A DNA stretch of 64,000 nt from Octopus sinensis. Taxonomy: Eukaryota. Within the stretch, counting starts at the first letter, position 1. Each line of letters opens with the position of its first letter. Under the pieces are notes generated by a model. It saw nothing but the letters and a program-made list of their open reading frames with translations, was not told the origin of the DNA and ran no database searches. The stretch is from contig NC_042998.1 of assembly GCF_006345805.1 (NCBI RefSeq), forward strand, positions 201,872,001-201,936,000. The letters are read 5' to 3'. Of the stretch, positions 37,831 to 52,289 are shown in pieces. Both the position numbers and the translations under genes were made by a program.

Positions 37831-38454
37831 GATACACACACACACACACACATACACACACACACATAAAATTCCTAAAGGGATTTTATTAACATCTTCG
37901 TTCAACTCCTTTTATTTATTTATTCATCCATAACACACAAATTACTGCACATTAAACCGGAGTTCCTACCTTTGGATAGATCGCTTCAACAGAGTTTCTA
38001 TCGAGAATTTGCTACCCTGGTAACAGTTCATTGAATTTTCCATGTTAATGGTAAACATAGGATAATTCATTCACCCATCGAAATATATATATATATATAT
38101 ATATATATAATGTGTGTGTGTTTGCGCGCGATTGTGAGGGCGTGCCCGTCCGTGCCTGTGTATGTATATTTCACTGTTTGCACATAAGTCATAGACCTGA
38201 GATTTAATTAGTTTCGGAATACTGAGCACGTGGTATAGATTACCACCTTAATGGCAAGATATAAGAATCTATCATGTTCGGTGATTTGAAGAGGGGTTGT
38301 CTTGCCCGTTTTGTGACATTCATGTGTTTTTTTAAACACTGGCCGTTTTTAGGGATTTTTCTACAGACGTTATTCTGCAGAAAATTCGGCGTATGTGCCC
38401 TCAATAAATCAATAATGCTTACATTACTAGAAATGCTCTGAATTCTAAATTATA

Positions 38455-39239
38455 TCTCTATATATATATAAACGGCAGTTTGTCTTTCTGTGTGTCTGTG
38501 TGTCTGTCAGGTTGTACACTCACTCTGACCACGGCTTTCAACCGATTCTGATGAAACTTGACACACACATAGCCCAATGTCATAATTCAAAACTAACGCA
38601 GCGAAAATTTTGAAATGTTCCCCCAGTTCTGAAAAAAAATCGATAAATTCGACATGGGTCCGAGAATCTAGGCTTTTTATATGCAACACATTTTCTACAG
38701 ACTGTCTAGGGGACACAACTCGACCTTTTTAGCTTTCGGAACACGTGGAGTAAGTATCCCAAAATGTATAAAAATGTACAAAAACGGCAAAAAAGCGGGA
38801 CAGCAACGAAAAAGTCAAAAGTGACCAAACTGAACAAACGAATGAAAAAGGTTTTTTGATGCATACGACAAAAGCGGTTTATAACAAACCAAGAGTTTGC
38901 AAGTAGCGTCCGAGGACCCTTAGGGTACGTCAAAAATTTAAGGTAAAACGTTTGGGGTGGTAGTTATAAAGAAAGTGTAAACAAAAAAAGTATTCGAATA
39001 ACTTGCGGCTGCAGCAGCTATTAGCAGTTGGGGGTAAAGTCTCGAATGTAATTTCTTCCTGGTAGAAATTGGTTGGGTTGAATTATCGATAGCTGTTTGA
39101 TAGTTATTTGGGAGTGAAGAGAAGACATTGCAACCTACACATGCGCCTTCGTTTCCTAGAGGGAAAGGACTAGATTGGGATTAGACGTTGTCTACTAGGG
39201 GCTCTTACATACCCGGGAAACGCCGGTCTATGCTGCTAG
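38455..39239 (+). mobile_element. Complete non-autonomous Helitron
   Basis: 5' a|TCtctatatat with tgtctgtgtg tract; 3' cccgggaaacgccgg hairpin-like segment then CTAG|t; inserted between A and T. Confidence 0.85.
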
Positions 39240-39290
39240 TATATATATATATATAAAATCAAAATAAGCGACAAGAAAACTTCGGTAATT

Positions 39291-39374
39291 TGGTACGATC
39301 GTTTCACGCTACATCATTTTATTAAATGTTGTAAGTATTACAACAGTTTTAAAGTATTGAGCAATCATCAGCCA
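39291..39374 (-). ncRNA. Type I hammerhead motif with extended stem II in a pLTR remnant
   Basis: tgg-CTGATGA-ttgct...agcgt-GAAA-cgatcgt-A-cca; palindromic stem III acgatcgt; GUA triplet; internal hairpin tgttgtaa/ttacaaca. Confidence 0.65.
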
Positions 39375-40859
39375 TTAATAGAGGCGTTCCATTCATACAT
39401 AATTTTCATATCAATTAATAACATTATAGCGAAGGTAGATATATAGACAAATATGTCGATTTAAATTTTAAGAACATTAAGGTAGTAGAGTTCCTCAACT
39501 GACTGAAGAATATTCAGAATATTCAGCACTGAAACTCTTACATGTCTAGAAATATCTGTGTGTGCACATACTTTTATGTATGTATATTTACACCTACGTA
39601 TATTAGCGTGTACGTCATCGTGGCGTGCACGTGAAATATATGTATTTTCTTAATCATAAGTTCGTTCGCTGATATGATTAGATACATTCACACTTACCGC
39701 ATTTAAAAAACTTCTTTTTTTTATTATTTAATGTGTTCAATGGAATTTACTTACAACGGTATTTCATATCTATACGAAGGAATTATAATATACAATACAC
39801 TGCAGGACAAAGAGTATTTCTTGTTCTGGAGCTATATGACAAAATACAATAGCCGATTATCCCTGTGAACACTGTTGTATACAATACTCGTAGCAGCACT
39901 GGGGAAATATATATATTCATATTGCAGAGAACCATTATAGAAATGCACTTATTTCTTTTTGTTTTTTATTACAATCACAACATTCTTATTTTGGCTTTAC
40001 ATATACACCTATCTTTTTTTTCTTTTTGTACTTTTAAGACAAGTGATATGTTATTATCTCTCCCGGTATTATACAGCTATTGCTTGAAAAATAAAAGTGG
40101 CGTAATTTAATGATTGAAAAATTGTCCCAGTGTAATAAACCGTTGAATGAAGAATTATACAGAAAGCTAAAGAGTGTTCTTCAATAAATTGCCAATGTTT
40201 TATTTAATAGAATTTATATTCTCGGAATTAAAAAAAAAATACTGTGCTAAATACAAATTTTATTTCATGTGGGTTATTCTTTTATTATATTCTAAAATCT
40301 TAACGGAATTTATTTAATATAATAATGGCTATTTATATTTTTCCAAAATATTCTGTGAATTTCACGTAACAAGTCTTATCACCTGTGTACAGAATAATAT
40401 AGCATGCTTGTTACACTTCATATCTACATGAAACCATACATCCACGCCCACATTGTACTGATTCTTCAGCTAAATTTTGAAATATGAGAAAATCATATGT
40501 AATATAGTGATGGGTATATTTTGTTCAAATCATCACAAGTCAGTAAACGTCCATTAAATTTTCAGGATAAATAACAATTAATGAAAGCTTTTTGTGAGCT
40601 ATAACGCAAATGTGTAATATCCTTAGTATGACAAGGAATCATGGAACAACGTACACCCTAAAAGCAAGCAATGTCACCGAAAAACCATCAATATAGTTCA
40701 AAGTGGCCTAAAACACCAGATTAAGCTAACTGAAAAATTCTACTGCTATTTTCACTCTGGTATAGTATTGTCCAATTGTTGTCAACGTCAACGGGGAATA
40801 TTATTTTTTGATGGCTCCCACACGTATAAGAATAGATGTACACATAAACATGTTCATAA

Positions 40860-41240
<381 letters not shown>

Positions 41241-43209
41241 GTGTATCTGTATATGAATCTGTATTCTCTGAGTTTGCGTGTATGCGTATGAGAAACTTTA
41301 TAATGCAAAAATCGTTCTGTACGCTCCAGACGATTATAGACCCGAGTTAGAATGAAACACGATAATGCACACCATTTCACAATATATAAATATACTCTTG
41401 TGCTGTAAATTGCCTATTCTTTGCGCTGCTTCTGATATATCAGCCATGTTTTAACATTTATCAAATTAATGGCAATATGCACATTTATTCACCTCATGTG
41501 AATTATGATGCATGTTATCTATAGTTATATATTGTTTCTTTACGGTTTTATGGTACTTGTAGTTTAGAAAACTCCCATCAGAACTAAAATAAGTTTTCTA
41601 CTGCTTAGTAACTATGCAACTTGTGCAATGTTGCCTAGAAAGTTTTATTAAGAATATAATATGTTTTAAACAAGTAAATTTAGTGTGGATTTCAGTGTTA
41701 TCATTTTCATGGTATGCGAGTGAATAACCCAAAAAACACATAAGATACATCTGCACATGAACATAGAAGAATATGTGTGAGTGGCTGATGCCATATATAC
41801 TCGTAATATGTATGTGTATGCATTTATATATATATATATATATATGCGTATTTGTGTATATAGAGAGATAGATAGATACATGTATATCTCTCTCTTTCTC
41901 TCTCTATCTATCCATCTGTATATATATATAATATATAATAATATATATATATATATATATGTATGTATATATATATATGTATATATATATATATACACAT
42001 ATACATACATAAAGTGAGTTGGGAAGAAACAGATAAATAGAAACGTAATAGATAGATAGATAGATAGATAGACACACAATTAGACTGACAGGTATATAGA
42101 TGTATGATTATATAATGCTATTTACTATTGAATTGACCTTCATAAACTCCAAACCATAAAGACTAATGGTATTTTCTATATATATATATACTGTAGAATG
42201 AATTATTCTTTGCCATTGTGTGGTCGGTACCATATTAAATACTATAAACAGATTATTTTGGTCTTAATTTCCGCATTCTTTCACAATGCGTTTGATTTTC
42301 TGTTTTTTAATAAATATATGGAACTATTTTATCCTTGGCTTTCCATTATTGTTGCTGTTGTAGTTGTCTTCGCCTTCATAGTTGTTGTTCCTGTTGTTGC
42401 TGTTGTTGTTATTAGTATTATTATTATTATAGTCACCATGATCATCATTATTAACATCAACGTCATTGCCATCATCAACATTATTATTAACGCAGAAAAG
42501 ACTGTAAGTGTCTACGTTCCGTAAGTCGATTCAGATATACATATTCGTCCTACAAATCTAACAGTTATACTATACAATTGTCAGAGACTCTAATCACTAA
42601 GGGAGGCAATGTTGCATTTTCCAGTATTCTCTAGGAGAATAACATTTTCTTGAACGTCACTTAGCTTGTAGTTTGAAGACAGGGAGTCACTGAATAGTAA
42701 AGTATAAGAACCAACGCAGTAATAAAGGTAAAGCTGTCATCTGTCACAAGAACGTTACTCATCAAGGCCCAAATGTGACGTTATTCACTTGGTTTTCGTC
42801 GGAGAAACTTATAGCACACAATTGGATGCTAATTCTATGAAAACCAGTTTGTTTTGTAGCAAGAAACCAATGATGCTAATTATGGACTCGTATAGCGAAC
42901 AACAATGACGATGGGGAAACAACTTTATTAAAAAGAAGACAAAAGTATACCAACAATATTGGTAACAATACTGTAATCGAGAAAAGATATACTGCAATGG
43001 ATGACAGAAAAGACATCCATAAGAAAAAACACAAAACAGCTGGGCATGTGAGTAAAAACTGTAACAAAACATGACACCAATATAATTCCTTGCAGTATGG
43101 AAACGGAAAACAAGTTAAAGTTATAGATATAAAAAGAACAGTGAAGAAAATATCAACCTGAACAGTGACAATAGCAAAATCAAAGGTGGCATCTAAAAAT
43201 CTAGCACGT

Positions 43210-43415
43210 TTCTTTATTGCCCACAAGAGGTTAAACATAGAGGGGACAAACAAGGACAAACAAGGACAAACAAAGGGATTAAGTTGATTACATCGACCCT
43301 AGTGCGTAACTGATACTTTATTTATCGACCTCGGCGGAATTTGAACTTAACGGCAGACGTAATACGAATATGCGTTTCACCCGGCGCGTTAACGTTTCTG
43401 CCAGCTCGCCGTCTT
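43210..43415 (-). mobile_element. SINE type B with internal deletion
   Basis: TSD aaaatcta(g/c)cacgt at 43196-43209 and 43416-43429; lacks the ccgaaaggatgaaaggcaaag segment. Confidence 0.85.
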
Positions 43416-44774
43416 AAAATCTACCACGTATGCAAAAACCGTCTGCACATGGATTTACCATACGCTTGAGATGTGAATATTTGAGTCATAGGAACTCTGA
43501 TATAATGTAGAAGCGATAGAAGAATGACATTAAGTAATGGTAGCGATATTTGAAAATGTATACGGAGCAAAACTTTTACTAATGCAATAAGAAAAATGCA
43601 TCAAGGCGTGTTAAATAAAATTTAGCACCTGCGAAAAATGAAGCAAGTTGTGGTAATATTCCAAAACGAAGTAGAAGCGTTGAAGCAATCGAATAACGCA
43701 TTCGCCTCTAAAAACTTAAAAATATGTTCTAAATGTATCGTCACTCTCCCCAACTCTTAATACACAATGTGACATTGAGCTTTGGGTGATAATGTTTGTA
43801 TATCATTAAAGATGAACATAGGTGAGATTTATGTTTTACTGAGGAAATAATGATAGCCAACAATATATTTGCAAAAGCACTGTAGGAAGTGCAAGCCGTG
43901 AGATGTGTCTCGATCATTTCTTTCATACAAAACACAAAGAATGCTTTGTCCGTGTTATGAGGATTTCATTAAAACTCTATAGAAGAAAAATTAATATTGT
44001 TGAATAGGTATGGTGCAGCGTAGAAACAATATGACACATAATGTAGAAACAATATTACATTAGCATGTGCATCATAGGTGGTTCCAAGCGCATGTGTAGT
44101 AATATTTTGTAGAAATTTGCCACACTATATACAAGTATTGTCGATCTCGAACTTTGAAGCCTTTGATAGTCTTCGAGATTACCGGAAAAGGAGATAAAGC
44201 TTTGAGCTAAGTTTAATTGAGAAGTTCGTATGCAATATCACATGAGTGGTAATTCTAGGGAAATTGAGAGCATCACATAGTCTAATTTACAAGCTTGCTT
44301 CATGCCACTATTTTTCATTTGTATGTGTGCAGATGTCCACTGTCTGAAGCGGAAAACAAGCTGTGTGAATGGGGAAGGGGTGACAGATTGATTCAAAAAC
44401 GCAAATATGGGAAATTATTAAGAATTTTAGCATAAATTAGTGCTAAAATATGTGATTTTAACAAGCGGTTGGAATTTGTCATCAGCAGGCAGTTGGACGA
44501 AGGAATCTATGTGATTTCCGCAGATCTCCTTGTTTCGATTTCTAATTCATACAAAATATCATAGCACCATTTCAAAAAAAAACCTGCTTTCAGAGTAGGG
44601 CTTTTCAAAGTTTTTTTTTTTTTTTTTTTACCTAGGACTAACCGACTCTGCGTAGCGTCGGCTTGGTCCCAGTTTCAATAGCTTAAACTTATTATGGCGG
44701 CGTCTCTTTAAGCTTTAGTGATCCGCTCTCAGCCCGTTAGCATGCCCTATATCATCTTGCTATCCAACTCATAT

Positions 44775-45587
44775 CAGGAAATAGAAAAATCATAATGACA
44801 TTCAATGTTACGCCGCAGGTATTGCCTTTTTGTATTTTCTTTCAAGTGGTTGTATGTACTTCCATCAGCCTCAAGTATTTCTAGGTATTTATAGCTGGAT
44901 TGAGGTTGGATTGCTTTTATCATCTCATCATTTGGCAAAACTATGACTTCTGTCCTGACAAGATTTACTCGTCTTATCACCATCGTAGCACATTTTGTGA
45001 GGCCGAATCCATCTTAATATCACCGGAGAAAATCTGCACAGACTGGACTAGGCTGTCCAGATCTGCCTCACGTTTTGTGAACAACCTCAAGTTCTCCATG
45101 AATAGCAAGTGATTCGGTTTTCCATTACCCCTTCCCAGCTCATATCTCAGCTTTGTTCTCCGCAGTATCTTACTCCGGGGGATCATTCCCAGCACAAAGA
45201 TCAGTGGGGACACACTGTCCACTAGAAGATTCCTCTCCCAGTTATTCCCCTTTCCTAATACATAAAACCCGGCTGTCAATTACGTTCTGCACCATTTCAT
45301 ACTTTTCCATATAAGGATACTCATGTTCTCTGCTACTCCATACCTTTCATTGTTCTTATTATTCGGGAGTGTGGTACAATATCGCATGCTTTTCGATAGT
45401 CAACCCATGCCATGTACAGGTTTGTGTGTCTTCTCTTGCAGTTTCTGACAGTAGATTATCGATTACGAGCTGATCCTTCGTCCCGCTGCTCATCTTTTAG
45501 AACACTTTCTGTTCAATAGGTAGCAGCGAAAGTTTTCCCAAGTCTCTATATAGTTAGCCGGCCAAAGTACCAGACTTTAGTTTCTAA

Positions 45588-45590
<3 letters not shown>
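44775..45590 (-). mobile_element. R4/Dong-type RT fragment abutting (AAT)n
   Basis: GTKDQLVIDN, NLYMAWVDYRKACDIVPHS, DSVSPLIFVLGMIP, NHLLFMENLRLF (FMDD), YKYLEILE. Confidence 0.88.
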
Positions 45591-45962
<372 letters not shown>

Positions 45963-46944
45963 AAGGGTAGCGAAGGGATGTATTAGTTGTTGTTGTAATC
46001 GCTACCGAACTGTCATGAATTTGATGTTGGTGCTCCTGACAGCTGGCAAAATTCTTGAAAAGTTTACCGTTCAAGGCCTATGAAAAGCTTTTCTTCTTTT
46101 TTTTGTTAATACAAAGCAGACCGTTCTGAATGTTTCTTTTAGCCAAAATAACCAATGAAGGATGGTTATTTTTGACATTTTCTTCTCTTCGGAGATTTCT
46201 AAAGAATATCGTCAACAACATCAACAATGATATCATCCTCCAATATCACACGAAATGCCGAACAATCAGAAACAGACATTTTCCATGAAATAAATGAACA
46301 AAAAAATGTTTCTATGACACAACATACATGCGATTCAAATAGTGACATAATGAAATAAGGAAGTAACCCTTTGCTAAAGCAGCAACATTATCACACAAGT
46401 AATATCCCACTGACATAGAAAAATGTTTATATGCATAGTTCAGCAAAAAATTCGCTCTGTAAGGTAAGGTTTTGTGAATAAGCATGATGTAATTTTTCTT
46501 TTCTGTTATTAAGGCACAAGAAAGAAACTAAGCATGAATATTTGCATCGTTAAAGACTCCTGAGGAATGGCTTCTGTGTACCGACGAAGTAATATTTTCA
46601 TGTTACGCAAGATGATGTATGGAATTACATTACCTCAATTTGAGAGAGTAAAATGTGCGGGCGTGTGCGTTTGTCTTATTCAAGAATGCGGGCGAAGAAA
46701 GAGTAGGATTTGAACATGCGATAAATCAGCATATTCCAAAGCTCTCCCTAGTGAAAGGTGTAGAAGGATTTGTCACGAGACTAGTAATACAGAGCAGGAA
46801 ACTGAGTTGGCGCACTGTGTGTGTCTATGTGTGTGTAGAGGGATCAGGATTAGTTTGTGAGCATTTTGCCCTTAGAAACACCGTAAACAGAAAAAAAGAA
46901 AATAAGCAGAAGTAACATCACCTGTAGATGATTCTAGTTTTAGC

Positions 46945-47002
<58 letters not shown>

Positions 47003-47012
47003 CCCGCCTTCT

Positions 47013-47325
47013 CTACAATGCAAATATATGGGAAACTACCACCTGCGTCATCTCTTGTGAAAGGTGGGAGAGTCCAGTTTGCTGGACATTGTTGTAGAGC
47101 TGAAAAAGAAGTAATTTCTACTCTTCTCCTCTGGAAGCCATCTACTCGCAATACCAGAGGGCGCACACTCTCCTACCCTGATGTAATCTCCAGGTATACA
47201 GGCATCCAGCAACAGGACCTCCGTAATGCCATGACGGACCGTGAGGTCTGGCGTAGCATGGTAAATTCCATTGTCTCGACCACAGTCGAACAATGAATGA
47301 TGAATGATGATGAAGATGGTGAAAA
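47013..47325 (+). mobile_element. RTE-group LINE 3' end with (TGA)n tail
   Basis: IYGKLPP..RVQFAGHCCRA...LLLWKP..RGR...AMTDREVWRSMV*, followed by tgatgaatgatgatg. Confidence 0.85.
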
Positions 47326-49465
47326 TTGATCAAGAGAGGAATCAACGACAGATAGTACTCATCCCCTTATTACGAGGAAGCCAGCCTCTCTATCCAGAAG
47401 CAACAAAACACAGCAGCTTTATTTCATCAAATAGTACAACTCCATCGTCTTGCGACAAGGAGTTCAGTGGAAATCAGAGATAGAAATGAAACATTAGTGG
47501 GGAAAACTGTTGTGATACACAACACTTTTAGAATAATAATGAAATTATTTTATACAGTGCTCAGGTGCACCCCAGCAGCTTTGTATTACTGTGCTGTAGG
47601 TTGTTTTTATCCTTGTCATTAATATCATTGTAGTGTTTGAAGTTACTGCTGAGATGGATATATCTTACAATGAACACAAGGAAATTCGCTCTTGTTCAAT
47701 GCCATTCAATTCATGTGAATGGGTATCGAATGTTTCATCCTAATTATCACTACAGAACGTGCATTCATTATTGATCACGTGTTTCAGCATTCACAGAATA
47801 AATATAATTCAATAGAGGGAGATGATTAAATGTTGATATAGTGGGTCTCACACCTTCAGTCTAGAAAAATGTAGTGTCCCCTTCCTACGCAATACACTAA
47901 TAACTACTCGCAGTCCTTTGTTCCTGGTAGTTTGTCTTTACTTCAATCGTCAGCTACAAAGTATTCCTGAGGAATACTAACTGCACTGTGAGACCTACAA
48001 GGGCGATCAAAGTAATTATTTCCTCCAAGTCAGACTAAAAAACAATCTTTCTGTTTGACCTTCGTTTTTTTTTTATCTCTATACTGCCCTTAACTAAGTG
48101 AAATCTATTCACGTTCCAATCCTTCCACGGGCACACAAGTATTTTGCTCGCAAGTAATACATCAGAGACAAACTATTTTCGTCATACGTCTCTCTCAATC
48201 AATGAAAGTCAACCTCATCATCAATCTATCAATTACAAACGGGCAAATATTCATTTATAATGTCATCATCACCTCCTAGAAATACCTCCGTGCATTATTT
48301 TGCCTAATTAAAGTAATCAATATTACGCATACGTAAACCGACTGTATCGAATTCGTTATCGAGTATCAAAAACAACATACATGCAAGGTTCACCTTATTC
48401 TTACATCAATACGGGATCTATTTTTGGAATACAAACTTAATAAAATTTGAACATATGCAATCATTCCGATGGAATTAAGTATTTAACGATGCATAATTGT
48501 TCTAAATGGAAGTCAAATGAAATCCAAGTCACGCTTCATTGAAGTAAAAAAAAATAGTGTTTATGATAAATTTCAATTGTTACACTATTCGGCAACGATC
48601 GAGTGAATAAAATATACGTGATCCAATAATCGTTTATAGTAAATTGAATAATAAAAGCCCAATGAAATTTTCTCACACACTCCGTTCACAAGAGAATAAT
48701 TACCACTCAAGTAACGTTGTGGTCTCTTGACGAAAAGAAGAAACAACTAGAAATTGAAACCTTCAGAATGCATTTCCTTATCAATGTGAAGGATTGCAAA
48801 TTACTTTTGACGATGTTAGAAAAATATTATTTTCTTGGAAAATAACCGTATGGTCATTGGAAAACTGATTTATGCTGGATCAGATGAATCTACGTTTCCT
48901 AGAAGACTTCAAATACAGTTGCAGGATGGTTTTTACACATCAACGTCTTTGGAGATTATATGTCGTTTTCGAGAGTCAGACTCTAAGTCGTATAACACAC
49001 ACCTCACAAGCAAGGACACAATGCGATGATGCAAGAATGCAGAATGCATTTCTTTAGTACTGCTTTAGAATAAAAGATGTACTAATGCCGTACAAGGACC
49101 ATCAGAGATCTTAGTTAACTGGCCAGGAAAGTCTTATCTCTACGATGCGGGCGCCTTTATCCGAGATTCGAGACAGGAATACGCAAACTTGGTACAATAA
49201 ATGAGGATATTTCCGGTTGAGTTGTTTTCGCTCTCAATGAGGGACACCGAATAGTTTAGAAATGTCCAGGGTTGACATAATAGCACATATACTATACATA
49301 AATCAGATTCTAAAACCGTGATATTGACGCCCTTATCTGTATAAATAAAAACAAAACAATTCTTTATATTTAACGTTGGATATCGACAGCATATAAACCA
49401 TGTTAGCAATGCGATTTAAATACTGTTGGATTTTTCTCATACACTGAAGGAATTTTCCGAGTGGG

Positions 49466-49513
49466 CGTTTATTTACACCTATAATATTATAATATTATAG
49501 GTGTAAATAAACG
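49466..49513. repeat. Perfect 48-bp palindrome
   Basis: cgtttatttacacctataatatta|taatattataggtgtaaataaacg. Confidence 0.95.
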
Positions 49514-49655
49514 AAAGCAACGTGGGCACACTTCTGGTATTTTAAATGAAATTTGCAAGAAAGAACACGAAAGCACGAAACAATAGTCCTTTACCAACAT
49601 TCAGTTTCTCAATATTGATACTTTGATATTTTGGAGACTCGCATTTGAGGATAAA

Positions 49656-50005
49656 TACTCTTACTCTTTTACTCTTTTACTTGTTTCAGTCATTTGACTG
49701 CGGCCATGCTGGAGCACCGCCTTTAGTCGAGCAAATCGACCCCGGGACTTATTCTTTGTAAGCCCAGTACTTATTCTATCGGTCTCTTTTGCCGAACCGC
49801 TAAGTGACGGGGACGTAAACACACCAGCATCGGTTGTCAAGCAATGCTAGGGGGACAAACACACACACACACACACGTATATATATATATATATATATAC
49901 ATATATACGACAGGCTTCTTTCAGTTTCCGTCTACCAAATCCACTCACAAGGCCTTGGTCGGCCCGGGGCTATAGCAGAAGACAGTTGCCCAAGATGCCA
50001 CGCAG
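49656..50005 (-). mobile_element. SINE type A lacking its tRNA head
   Basis: Stops at gatgccacgcag, about 60 bp short of the head. Confidence 0.9.
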
Positions 50006-50200
50006 CCACTCGGAGAAAAAAGACAACGCGAAGACGTGGCATATGCAAAGTATTAATAAGTCGCTCATTGAAGAAAGAAATGGTGTTTTACATTTCGCGC
50101 AAAGCGATTCATCAGAAACAGTAGACAGAGGAAATTCAACAGAAAAGGAAGATGGAGGAAACATATCGCCAACAATCCACATGGAGCTGCATTACAGACT
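50006..50200 (-). mobile_element. pLTR-like repeat related to the 190-bp family, canonical hammerhead core
   Basis: Shares layout aaagac..gtgg..gtatta..cgctc..tttta(c)(g/a)tttcg with 58045-58235. Confidence 0.55.
50084..50120 (-). ncRNA. Minimal type I hammerhead motif
   Basis: tgttt-CTGATGA-at-cgc-ttt-gcg-c-GAAA-tgt-A-aaaca; 5-bp stem I; stem III acgt eroded to atgt. Confidence 0.6.
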
Positions 50201-50874
50201 ATTGCAGATTATTTGTACATTTATGTAAGTAACTAGTGAGTATTTTTTCTACGCCTTGTTACGCATTTTTATTCCATCTAATATTTGAACATTTTATGTC
50301 ATTGGCAGTGATCGGGTTCGCAGCTATTACATCATTCTCAATGACTATTTCACCTATATTTCAATAAAGGAAAGGAATTGGTAAACAAAAAAAAAAAACG
50401 CTATAGGTTTAGGCTGCATACCAATAAAATTAGGGTTCGGGTGAAAGGAGGCCATGCCGTAAATACCAGTTTTATAAAGGATCGATTTTGGCCCCCTATT
50501 ATATACTTGAGAAGGAGCCCCAGAATAGCAAAGCCCCAATGAGTGAAACGCAGTGAAGAATGAAACAATATATACACCGTGTTATGTTTTCGTGTATGTA
50601 TATTTCAGTGAGTGCTTATAGATGTATATGCGTCTATATATGTATATAATGTTCACCTACTTAATAAAAGAGAAATCGATTTTAGCATCTATAATGTATT
50701 GTCTACATTTCTTGATTTACCGTCTACTCAATCCACGATTTTGATATATAACATGAGTGTACATACACTTACATATTCACACACATACACACATATATGC
50801 ATACACACACATATATATATATATACATATACATATATATGTGTGTGTGTATATATGTATATATATGTGTATAT

Positions 50875-51007
<133 letters not shown>

Positions 51008-51711
51008 CGTTATGTATCGTAACCTTGGATTCAGAACGCTGTAAATCAAGAACTGTAGACAATATATTTTAGATGCTGAAATCGATTTCTTTTGTGTGAG
51101 GAAAAATGTATAGCATCCAGCATATATACACATACACACTCTCTCACTATTTATATCATACACACATGCATGCATACATACGTACCGACGTACATTATTG
51201 GCATACGTATATATTTATATTACACAGAAACACACACGTGCATATGTGTGTGAGGTGCATGTATGTATGTTTATATGACTATTCTATGTTACAGTGTAAT
51301 ATAAATATATATATATATATATATATACATACATAAGTATGCATTGAATGTATGTCTATGTATATATGTATATATGTTTTTCATGTATATATATGTGTAT
51401 AATTTGTTTCCTCTCTTGTAAATTACAAAATATTTCTGAATCAGTTTGTACGAAAAAAGTTATAATATCAGAACTTTAATATTGGCCGTCGGCACATGAC
51501 AAGCATTCACATTATCCTAATATTCAACGTCGAGAAATATTTAAGATATAGATATACGCTATCTTCTATTGGTTCATTGTTATTGGTCTCTAATAATATA
51601 AGAAATCTTCAATAGTTTGTTTCATTTGTGGTTAATATAACGATGTGAATTTATCGAGTCGCAACAATAAGTTACTCTAAAATCTGTAATGTTCACAATT
51701 TTTTATATACA

Positions 51712-51937
51712 CTTTTACTCTTGTACTTGTTTCATTTATTAGACTGCGGTTACTGGAACACCGCCTTCCGTCGAGAAAATCGACGCCAGTACTTATTCTT
51801 TGTAAGCCTAGTACTTATTCCGTCGGTCTCTTTGACCTAACCCCTAAGTTACGGGAACATAAACACACCAGCATCCGTTGTCAAGCGATGTTGGCGGGGA
51901 CAAACACAGGCACATCAAAACACGCACATACACACAT

Positions 51938-51992
<55 letters not shown>

Positions 51993-52289
51993 ATGTGTGC
52001 GTGTGTGTGTGTGTGTAAATATATGTACATATATGTAAATATATGTAAATATATGTACATATACATATATACGACGTGCTTATTTCAGTTTATGTCTACT
52101 AAATCCAGTCACAAGGCTTTAGTAGGCCCGAGGCTATAGTGGAGGACATTTGCCCAAGGTGCCACGCAGTGCGATTGAACCCGGAATCATTTGGTTGGTA
52201 AGCAAACTACTTACCACAGAGCCACTCCTGCGCCTGCGTACCACACAGCCACTCCTGCGCCTGCTTAACACACAGCCACTCCTGTGCGT
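51712..52289 (-). mobile_element. SINE type A, diverged, with triplicated 5' end
   Basis: Full body; three tandem cacagccactcctg(c/t)gc units at 52212-52289. Confidence 0.88.

Noticed and set aside
39500-39550. CTGAAGA...GAAA...GTC possible hammerhead
   Set aside because: Stems I and III do not pair.
42960-43080. GHVSKNC zinc-knuckle-like remnant
   Set aside because: First cysteines missing and no flanking retroelement motifs.
47600-47722. 123-nt exon candidate with hydrophobic start and C-x6-C-x-W
   Set aside because: Superficially like a signal peptide plus MAM start, but the donor is weak and no following MAM exons were found.
48850-49150. Tc1-like WKT..W/SDESTF remnant
   Set aside because: Needs a frameshift, and no further catalytic motifs or TIRs could be read.
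50150-50230. Apparent first coding exon (MELHYRLLQIIC..., gtaagt)
   Set aside because: Overlaps or abuts a hammerhead-bearing repeat on the opposite strand, which is the simpler explanation.
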